A DNA stretch of 64,000 nucleotides, taken from NCBI RefSeq assembly GCF_009914755.1, contig NC_060930.1; one strand, 5' to 3'. The notes under the pieces are model-generated. The model was not told the DNA's origin. It did not search any database and saw nothing but the letters and a program-made list of their open reading frames with translations. The position numbers and the translations under genes are program-made. Source of the DNA: the human T2T-CHM13v2.0 reference genome, Homo sapiens. Below are positions 52,801-64,000 of this stretch, in pieces (position 1 is the first letter of the stretch; every line of letters begins with the position of its first letter).

Positions 52801-54418
52801 TGTTATGAACAGTTAGTGTAAGTCACAATAAGAGGATTTATTTTGAGGAAAAAAACCCAAAAACTTGTATATGATGAATTTGTCATATTATGATTAAGTT
52901 TTGGTTTGCTTAGGAAAAATAACTGAGATAATTTTTTTTGAATTAAGGTTATTACATCCATATATCTTCCTGTATGTGCTTTTAAAGTTTTTGTGACATT
53001 GAGTTACAGGGCTTTGACTCCTGGGTCTAAAAAGGACACCAATTCCTGCTAAATCTTAAACACTGACAGCAATTAAAGCCTCATCTTCAGGCCCTGTAGA
53101 AGATGCCAATCAAAATAAACTGCATTCCTGAGACACAGGGCCAGAAAGGAAAGCCATTCAACTTCTCAAGGCCCAGGGACTATCACAGAAGAGGTGGGCA
53201 TGTAAGATTGTAAGGGCCGATTTTAAAAGATAAAATAAGTTCAGTTTCTGCATAAATTAATCATTAATGTCAAAGACACACTGATGCAAGACCAGCATAT
53301 GGACCACTGTGTCAGATTAGCAAGGTTTTCTTGAGGCATTAACCAACTCCTTAATAAAGGTTATAAAAGTTATAAAAGGCTTATGGAACTTATATTTTAT
53401 GATCAAGATTAAATTTTATAGATTGGTTGCAAAATTTGGGAAAACATTTAATTGGCTTCATGCTATTTTTATTAGGACTTCTTATTTGGAAAATTAAGTC
53501 TCCTCTCTCAAAGAATGAAGGTTTTCACTTTTTTGAAATGCTTGAGTTACCACTTGGTTACATGAATGACTTCACAATGGCCTGTAATCCTATTTTGTGA
53601 TATCAAGTGTCTTAAACCTTTTATATTTGACAAGCTTTCCAAAGTCAAACTACAAATTGTGTCTTTTTCTGACCTAATTAATCCTTTAAGATATTAGTTT
53701 CCCTAAAGTCCAAAAATGACATAAGTTGGCTTATTTGGTAAAAAAAAATTATACCAGAAGAATTGTCAAATATTAAATGGTGCTTTATTTTCTTTGGGCT
53801 GTATTTGTATAAATATGTTATTGGTAAGTGTTCCAAAATTATGGAAAACTCCTGTTATTTTGATATGACTTAGTGTACATTATTAGTAATGATTGTTATG
53901 TTAAAGTTATTGTGTGCCACAGTAATAATACATTTCTTTGTCAATTGTGTCTTTGACTATGGGTGCCCTAAAACCTTTTTTCATCCATGGACAATTGTCT
54001 TGTTTTGGTCCTCTTTAGAAGTTGGTTTCATAATCAGCTATAAAACTTCAACAGGTGCTCTTGAGTGCAAGATTCTGATAACTTCAAAGATTGTAACATT
54101 GGAACAGAGAAAAAAATGTTCAGGACTCACGGAGAGTTAAAATGTTCATGAGTATCAAGCAGAATAGAAATTAACTGCATGGACTGAACTATTCTTCCTA
54201 ACTTTTAATGTTTGCTGATCCTTTGTGTTGTTTTTCAGAGTCTTAAAACTTTTCTTTTGAGCTATTGACAGCTTTAAAAAATTTAGTATACTCCTATGAA
54301 CAAAATTTGGAGCATTTTTGTTTCTATCTGATTTCTCCAGAATTTGGAACTATTTGTGAGTATTCTTAACTTATGGTAATATAGTTATGTGCATAAGTGC
54401 AACAAGAAACTGTTTTCA

Positions 54419-54723
<305 letters not shown>

Positions 54724-55716
54724 AAGAATCTGTTTTCATTTGTAACAGGACATAATTGGAGAAACTGGTTATTTGACCAAGACTTTAACTGGAATGGTGT
54801 GCTCTCCTTTAAGGAATCAAACTTGAGTTATGGAGCCAATAAAGCCCTTGGAAAAACTGGCCTCATATTCTGTGTACGCAGTCCCTGTACAGGATTTCTG
54901 ACCTGTGCTAAGTAAAGAATGTCACTTTCTGACAGGCCCAGAAGCCTCAGGTTTATCTTGGAACCTCAAGAGGAGAGGAAATATACCCAACTCATAGATA
55001 TTTGATGGCACGAATCCATGGCTGGGCTCAGCTTTTAAAAAGTTTTATCTGAGATTCCTTCTATGGAACAAAGTTCCATTAAAGCCAATTTAAAAGCCTA
55101 TGTAAAAATAATTATTCTTGCTGCAATGCATACAAATAATTAGGCCAAGTATAATAAAGAAAACCATTTTCGATTTGCCTTTAGCAAAATGGGAAACTGG
55201 AGAGAGAAAAATTATGTTTCAAAAACTATAGTACCCCTGTTGTTAGGATCTAATCTTGCCTAATGTTTTTCCAAGTCTTCAGAATAATGTTTTCTTTTAT
55301 TTCCTTCTTTTTTTCCATTTTTCCTAATTGGGAGTCACTGAAAACTAAGTTATGCTTTCTTTAAACCCTGCAAACTCAAACCAGACAACCTAAACTTCAG
55401 AAGAAAATAACAGCAATCTATTTACATACATAAGCCACTTTCATACCTGCCTACTGTTGTATAGACTTCAGAGTAATGTGGCCTATATCAGTTTTCCAGG
55501 ATTGCTCTTTTGTTTGTTGTTGTTTTTCTCCCCTCCTCTCCCTAATTTCTCTTCATAGGATGTGAGACTTCACAACCTGCTAAAAATGAGCTTTTGGGAC
55601 CTACCCATCTAGGAATAAACCGTCCTAACCATAAGAGATCAGGTGAAACCTGACACCAGAGGCTCATTTTCTTCTAAAATGTTTTCTGCAAAAGATTAAG
55701 AAGAAAAGGGGGAAAA

Positions 55717-56165
55717 TGTGGAAGGAAAATACCTTGGGCCCTTTCAAGCTGGGAACTGCTCAGGGCAAATGTGCCTCCCATTCTATTCAAAGTCATCCCT
55801 CTGCTCATTGAGATAGAAGTATATCTGATTGCCTCCTTTGGAAAGGCTAATCAGAAACTCAAAGGAATGCAACTGTTTGTTGTCTCTCACCTATCTGTGA
55901 CCTGGAAGTCCCCTTCGCACTTCCAGTCTTCCTGCCTTTGCTTCAAGTTGTCCTGCCTCTCCAGACCAAACCAATGTACTTATTACATATATTGATTGAT
56001 GTCTCATGTCTCTCTAAAATGTATAAAACTAACTTTTGCCGTGACCACCTTGTTCACATGTCGTCAGGGCTTCCTGAGGCTGTGTCATGGGCCCACGTCC
56101 TCGACCTTGGCAAAATAAGCTTTCTAAATTAACTGATAACGTGTCTCGGATTTTTGGGGTTCACA
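55717..56165 (+). mobile_element. 3' LTR (MER4A/MER4A1-like)
   Basis: tgtggaaggaaaatacc...ggggttcaca, colinear with 49447-49892. Confidence 0.88.
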
Positions 56166-56224
56166 TATCCAGAAGTATATCTATAAAAAATTATTTATGT
56201 TTTCTTCAAAATTACAATATCCAC

Positions 56225-57474
56225 TGTATAGAGCACCATAGACATAAGTAACTCCATTTTAGAAAAAGACTTCATCTTATATTTCAAATGGCATCATATC
56301 AGTGGGACCAGATGTTTGTCTAATCAATAGAGTCTATACCCAACAAGACTGAGGCGTAAGACAGCCCTCGCCAGAGGATGCAAGGAGGTACGAAGAACAG
56401 GGCTTCATCAGTTCAACACAGTCATCTCATTAGACATTGTCCTGCTGTCACTCTTGGGCAGCGCCTAGCATCTGCTGCTAAAGGCTCTGCCCAAATCAAG
56501 AACTCTCCCTTGCAAGACTTTGACAAGCGCCTGGATTAGTCCAAGACAGTCTCCTTGTCCATGTTGCTATCCTTGGACTGGTTCATTAACATCTTTCCCT
56601 ATACTACACAGTTTTCTCTCAATGTTAAATGTTACTGTGATGTGGAAATTTTAATCTACCATATGCATGTATTAATTATACTACTATGTATGGTTTGCCA
56701 TATTGACTAACTTGTAGATCAGCTTGAGCCTGTGTGTTCTTGGCTGTGACTGCCAAGTGAAGAGATAATGCTAAGGAGAGTTGTCTCCTTGGGAACTCCC
56801 TGTAGCTTGTGGCTTTTATGAATAAATAAGCATCAGTAAAAGCCTGACCTTAATGTTGTACCTGATCAAGTCAGAGAAAATGCCACACTTTGAGATGAAT
56901 TAAAGAGTCCGTTTATTCAGCTGGTGGCCAAGAGACGGCTAAAGCTCAAAGTTCTCTCGGCCCCGAAGAAGGGGCTAGATTTTCTTTTATACTTTGGTTT
57001 AGAAAGGGGAGGGGGGGTCTAGTTAAAACAATTTTACAGAAGTAAAGTAGGCAAAAAAGTTAAAAGGATAAATGGTCACAGGAAAGTAAACAGTTCCAGG
57101 TGCAGGGGCTTTAAGACTATTACAAGGTGATAGACGCTGGGCTTTGGGCATTATCAATCGGACGAATTCCTGGGAACTGCGGATATTGCTCGCCACAGTA
57201 TCTTATCAGTTAATTGCATTCTTGGATGTGCTGGGAGTCAGCTTGCACAAGTTAAGTCGTTGAGGAAGGGGCTGCCAGTGAAAAAGCCAAGATGGAGTCT
57301 GTCTGGCTCTCTTAGCTAAGGGAGAGTCAATTCAGGTGGAAACAAGGCTAGGTGATTAAAGGAAAGGGAGAGTCTAAGAACAGGGTTAGTAAAAAACAAG
57401 GTTGGGCATTACATTATAAAAAGATACAAACATGCCTGTATCTGATTATGTCTGACCTTGTACATCTCATGACA
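56225..57474 (+). mobile_element. MER76-like solo LTR split by LTR6
   Basis: aactccattttagaaaaagact...ctccttgggaactcc.tgtagct...aaaagcctgac | aaagatacaaacatg...ctgaccttg...ctcatgaca; TSD tccac/tccgc. Confidence 0.75.
56854..57413 (-). mobile_element. LTR6A/LTR6B solo LTR (HERVS71 group)
   Basis: Reverse complement starts tgtaatgcccaaccttgtttt and ends caggtacaaca; well preserved; flanks ttaa/ttat. Confidence 0.88.
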
Positions 57475-60210
57475 TCCGCAGTCAATGAACATGTCTATTT
57501 TAGTCTCTGAATAGGCCTGGAAAGGAAAGGTATACACAAATACTTGATAAGTGGAAAAAATAAATGTTTGCAATTTGGGTACATACCAATACCTTCCTTC
57601 TGTTTATTAATTGTTTAAGTTTTGCTTTTGTTGTATGCAACTAAATCATGTTTATGGTATGCCTGTGTTCTGTTTTTTGCAATTATTTGACATAAATACA
57701 CTGGTTTTGTTTTTATTTTGTTTGTTTTAGTCTACCTTTCCTCAGATAATGAGAGCACTATCTAAACATGCAATCTTTCAGGAGACAAAGTTGTGTATTA
57801 TCCATGTCTGCAGCCTTTGAACTTCAGAGAGATGGTTACTTTCTGGCATCTGATAGCTCTCTCCATTGTGATTCTACTGAAATAAATCACTTCTGTCTTT
57901 AATCATGATTCTGTATCTGAACCATTGGAGTCTACAACAAATAGTAATTTCCACATGTGTTGTTTTCAAGGATTTTCTTTGCTCTGCCCCACTTCAGCAA
58001 GTACTTTGTTATTTATGGACCATATTTTCTAAAATATAAAGCCATATAACTTTATCCACTTCTCCCTTGTCCCCTTTCTTGCCTTTTGGTTTCCTGATAA
58101 TTTTAAACCATAAATTGTTAAGAGAGGTTTACTAGGAGTATGAAGACACATGAGCAGAATGCTCACTAAGTAGAAGGAAAGTCAGAACCTTCCCCAGGGT
58201 TCTCAGTGGCAAGTTATGGCGAAGGGGTTAAGCTAAGGTGGACCAATGTCAGGAAGTTCCAGTTATACTGTATTTTAGTGAGGACAGAAGACCTCTCACT
58301 TGTCAGCAGTCATTTCTGGCTGCTTTTTCCCAACTTCCTATAATACAAAATGTTCCAGGCATGCCATGAAAAACAGAGAGAAAACAACTCAATGTGGAAG
58401 CTTTCCAAACATTTGGGGCCTAATGACTAAGACATTATGAGAGAGGTGAGGGACCTGGGTCAAGAAAAGAAAAAGAAACAATATTCCCAAAAAAAGAAAG
58501 CATCTAGGGTGGAAAATCATGGGATAAAACCACACTATTGTGTGAGCCACGGGAGGCTGTCTGCTGATCTCTGAGGGCCACACATATTTTGGGGCAGAGG
58601 GGAAGGGGAGTATCTTTATTTACAATTCCTTCTAAATTTTCTAAAACTAAATCTACTGATGTAATATTTTCTGTTCTATCCTTGTTTTTAATGGAAAAAT
58701 AATTTGAGGATTTTGAAGGAAATGTGATTTATAATCTTATTCACAGTCCAGGAAATGGCAAGATACTTCTTTGAAATTATTAAATATTTCTCATAATTAA
58801 ATGCTTTAAAAATCCAACTCCATGGAATCAAAGCTCTTGTATTAAATCATAAAACATCACAATGATAGTTAATTTCCCTGTTTTCAAAACAGTAATTTGT
58901 TAGTAGTTACATAAATAAAATGATCACACACCACTCTTGACATACTTTTAATTGTAATATTATTTTGTCTTTTGAATTCCCACAATAACTTACAGAATTG
59001 ATTGCTTCCTGAAAGGCAAGAGCTTATGTAACAGAACTATTTTTATTCTAACATGTACATTTCAAAGGTGAATCAAGAAAAAAAATTGTTTTATTTCTAT
59101 TATTGTTATTACTATATTTTTAAAGCTTTTTAAACTTCATTCGGAAATTCTGTATTTCTGATGGGCAGAAAACAATCTGATGTACAATGTCCTTTTCACT
59201 AAACTACATCTTTTTTATTTTTTTAATGTTGATTTTTAAGAATTTAAGGACAAAGATCCTACCCCTTCCTCAGAGTTGGCCCTAACTCTACCCCTTTCTT
59301 TCATGAAAGATGCATGAAAAGTAGATTTTATACTCTTTACTTCCACTCTTACTCAACGTTCAGAAAACCAAAATTCCTTGAATGACTACAGGATTGCATT
59401 AAACATGTTACCTACCCTGTCTGATGTGTTAATAAATGATAATAATAAATTGCTATAGAGGTTATCAGAGTGGTCATTAGGTCCCTCACTCCTCAATCCA
59501 CTGATACCTGACTTTCACTCCACCCACTGCATATGAGCTCATGTATTGATCTCAAATATTTTACAATTATAATCTGGTGGTATATTCTTAATCTTCCACT
59601 TTTGTGGTTTGCTATAGCACTTGACAAGTAGTAACAATAAGGCTTAGCATTTAAGAGAAGTAGCATTGATTAAAATTTTTATCTCTTTAAAATTCTCTCA
59701 TGAAAAAGATCGCTGTAATAGTAAGACTTAGTTTTCCAGAATTAAACCAGGTTTTTCACACCTCCATCATTTCTGCCTCATGTGTCCTGTGGCCACTTTA
59801 TCCCCTGATTGTTCAGGATGTGGCTCCTGCTCATGATTTTCACTCTGGAATGTGAATTCTCATATTTGGTTATTCTTTTTTAGTGTCTGTGCTGTTCTAT
59901 TTACTTGCGTGCTGTTGACACAAATGTCCCCATGTCTTTCTGGCCAATCTCATTGGGTGACTTAAAGATTCATCTTAAATGACTCCTAGACCTACATCTC
60001 TTGTCATAGATTCTTTCTTTTGTACAGTCTAAATATGTATGTATTTCCAACTGTCTGTAATTTGTTTCCTCCTGAAGGGGTTTACAGTTATTTCAATATT
60101 GAATCAAATATTAAAGGTATTTCTTCTACATGTACAAATTTATAATGGATTCCATTCTGTGGATTTGAGAAGGTTAATTAAACTTCTTTCCCTGGTTTTC
60201 TCATCACTAG

Positions 60211-60615
<405 letters not shown>

Positions 60616-61459
60616 TAGAACAGTAGGCAGGATGGGGAAGAGTTAAGAACAGATATAGAGGTGAACACTGAAGACATTTACATTTTTCTCCTGCCCAGGA
60701 CTTTCAGTTTAATACCTTTTTGTTATACCTCATTTTAAATGGGAATATATAACACAACTAAAACAGAATCTTGATTAGAGATTCGAAGTCTTCCTTCATC
60801 TGGAATAGAGCTTTAATAGAAAAGTTTCTTGAATGATATGCTCCATTCTGCTGAATACAATTTTTTCTAGCTTAAAGGTAATAAGGAGTAAGAAAGCCAC
60901 ATATGTACAATGTGGAGATATTGACAGGCTGTTCTCAATTTGCGGTAGTGGATACAGGGTAAATACCACAGGTTTTCTAGAAAACTACTGCTAAAAGTCA
61001 AAGAAACTTTAAAAAATAAAAATGACTTATTCCATCGGCCAAATGGGAAACACTCTGATATATTTATTATTTGTTTATTTAAAAGCAGTATTTGTCAAAT
61101 AAGTACTGTATTTCAGGGATATAGAATATCTATAACTTACCAACAAGTGCATTTTAGGGGAAAACTAATCAAATGCTTTATTAATAGACTATTATTGAGA
61201 ACTCTCATACTGAAATTTAACCCCAACCCTCACCCCTTTAACTGCCTTTTCTATATTTGGGACACAAACAAAAATCATAAGCCAGAAAGAATAACAGAAT
61301 ACAAACTAGGAGTTTCCTCCTTAGGGTAGCAGATACACACGGAGGACTAAACATCACACGTTTAACTAGAAAGGAGCTGACTAGAAAATCACTCTTAGCT
61401 TAAACTCTGAAAACAAGAATTCCAGAGCAATCATTATAACAGCAGGGCACACCAACAGG

Positions 61460-61890
61460 AATTTGTTTTGAAAAACAGAAGAATGTTCTAGAAATAAAAT
61501 AGTTTGTGTTCTCAGTCCAAATTACTGGAAAATAAAAATGAGAAATAAATTCAAAAGTTAAAAGAATATATCTAAAAAAGAAAGCATAAATAAATCATTA
61601 AAAAGGAAAGCTACATTTGAGGGCTTAAAGCTGTATTATGAGCAAAAAAAAAAAGAACTGGACTATAGAAAATTGAATCAATGATGTGGAGGAAATAGTA
61701 AGTCCACTCAGAATGCAGGTTAAAATGTGACCAATGCTGAGATAACAGAGAACAAAAAGAAAGAGAATAAAAAGTCCACACAAATACACTTGAGTTTCCT
61801 TAACAAGAAAGCAGAAGCAATGGTTTAGAAGCACTAATGAAAGAAATAATAGAAGAGTGTTTTTCTGAGATGAAGAAAAATCAGGAAATT
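61460..61890 (+). mobile_element. Ancient L1/HAL1 ORF1-like remnant
   Basis: A-rich; aatgaaagaaataatagaagagtgtttttctgagatgaagaaa resembles an ORF1 EII.ENF.E motif region. Confidence 0.4.
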
Positions 61891-61990
61891 TACCTAATGG
61901 TAAATTCACATAAAACGGTCTTTTAAATCAGGTCTTTACATGATAAAGGACTATCTTGTACAAATGGAAAACAAAAATATTCAAAACTTC

Positions 61991-62345
61991 TGTTGCAGGA
62001 TGTAGCTATAGCTATTGCTTCAAAATATACAGTCCCCAAATACCAGCAGCATACAACAATAAGAATTTTTTTCTCACAGATCTGCACATCCACCAATAAA
62101 GCTCTGTGATCTCAGCTGGGTTCACTCACATGTCTGGGAGTCAGCTGGATTTAGCAGGGTAGCTCTGCTTCACTCCACAGGCCTACCTTTCTCAGGTGTG
62201 CTCCACATCTGATTCTGAGACCCAGGCTGAAGGGCAGCAGCCTCCTGGGACAGCCCTTCTCTTAACAACAGTGAAAACACAAAGGGCAGGTCAAAACAAG
62301 CAAGCACACAAGTCACTGCTTGCACCCCACTTCTTAACATTCTAC
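61991..62345 (-). mobile_element. MLT1 (I/J/K-like) MaLR LTR
   Basis: gatctcagctgggttcactcacatgtctg, gacccaggctgaagggcagcagc, ctgcttgca. Confidence 0.6.
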
Positions 62346-64000
62346 CCACATGCCTGAGCTCCTTCAAGGACATTTTATATACATATCAGCACTATCCAGT
62401 GAAGTCAATGAGACCTGCCATTTCTCATAGGAACTCTAGTTTAAAAAAAAAATTTGAGCCTTATTCATAACTAGAAGAGAATGCCTATGCTCTTTGCCAA
62501 AATTTAAAAAAAAAACACTAATTCATATATTTGTATATGCATTAAACAACTCAAGTTAATACTTGTAGTTTCTATTATCCTATTTCTAAATAAAATGTAA
62601 TGCATAAAGTTATTTGCAAAGGAGATAGTTTGAATTTTGTCCTCACTGAACAAAGAGGCAAATCTTAGTTCTGTTCTTTCTTTTCCCAATGTATTCTCTC
62701 TCCTTTTCCTCCACATTTATCTCTAAATATAAAAGTATGCAGTTTTACTTTAGTAAGATTTAGAATTAAATCGCCTCTATGACTCACCACTCATGTCTAG
62801 CAGAAGATACACAATTTTGGTTAAATCGCTCCCAAAGTAATAAGCCTAAAGTCTTCTTTTCTGGCTTTCAGGAAGCCTAGAGAGAGCTGACCTGCTAATG
62901 AAATGACATTTGTGTAATAATCCCTGGGTCTCTTAGGAGTGTTTCCAATAAATGAAATTCAATGGCATTACAAAACGAAAAGTGCTATCACAAGAAAGGA
63001 TGTTGGGAATTCCAGATGGTGTGTGTGCGTGTGCATGTGTGTGTACTGCATTTGCATAGATAATTGTTGGAGTTTGATGGACAGTTTTACATCTTTTAAA
63101 AAGTAATAATGTACAGAAATTACAAGTCAGAAGAGGAGATGAAGGAAAATAGACACTTAGACACTTTCCTGTACCATTAGTAGACATTTCAAAGGATGCA
63201 AACATTCTAGGGAAAAATACGACAATGCTTAGTGAACATTAGTATGAATTGTTTTTACCTGATAAGGAGTTTAAAAATTTTAAACTACATGCAGTTTAGA
63301 GAAGGTTGAATTTTACTGGCCAGATTAAAATGCATTATATCAAACGGGCAAAACTATTATATTCTAAAATAAGAATATTAATCCCAATAGCTCCAGTTAC
63401 AATAGACACTCTTTATATACATAACGCTATAGTAGGAATAAGTGTATGCAGGTAAAACAAATAACACTGGAATCCAAGAAAGAGATGCTTTTATAGACTC
63501 TGAATTGGAAACAGTATTAAGGTAGAAAATAAGATTGCAGACAACAGGGCTTGGACAGTAAATCAAGGTAATTTACTGACCTTGAATGTACAAAAGCACT
63601 TTGAACGTGATACATTCTAGTCAGGGTCAAAATTCTCATTGATCTATACTGCCTCACCTGTTCTGCTAGACACTCTGAAATAGTTACAAACACATTTTTA
63701 CATGTGCCAAGCTGATTACAGATGAGTGAAACCAAATTGGATGCTATTGCAAGAACATAGTCCCTTTTCAAAGATACAGCTGCTACTCGGAAACAGTGTT
63801 TTTGTTGCCATAAAGGAGTAAAGACCCAGTGGGCTAGGTTTTGAGTTTTTCAAGAAAGTATAGAAGAAACAATATTTGCCTTGAACTTCGTGATTTTTTA
63901 ATGTATTTTATTTTACTTGGGAATTCAGGAACACAAACTCAATTTAGTAATATTACTCAGTATATGATGAACGATTCTAGTCAATTCTATAAGACCCAGT

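Overview
Primate genomic DNA, most likely human or another hominoid (AluY, L1PA3/4, HERV-K LTR5_Hs). No credible protein-coding gene is present; the long ORFs are artefacts of a satellite or remnants of L1/Alu. The dominant feature is a ~19.7 kb array (5121-24830) of a degenerate 23-bp monomer (GGGTTCACYRTYRTCTTTTCTCT) that I do not recognise as a classical human satellite. It has three blocks of alternating orientation, joined at two palindromic junctions (~11115 and ~18545). The inverted central block carries an L1PA3/4 3' end and an intact LTR5_Hs solo LTR with a perfect 6-bp TSD. Transcription from that LTR in either direction would cross an inversion point and could fold back into kilobase-scale dsRNA; this is a hypothesis, not an observation. 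The 26-33 kb segment is GC-richer and contains a CpG-retaining patch with decayed local copies, one of them captured inside an L1PA8, plus several fold-back template-switch scars. From ~38 kb the sequence is AT-rich and made of ordinary nested repeats (L1PA15/16, THE1D/MSTA, a MER4 provirus, MER76, LTR6, MER2, MIR, MLT, Alus). Repeat subfamily names come from recalled consensus motifs and were not database-searched; boundaries of old elements are approximate.
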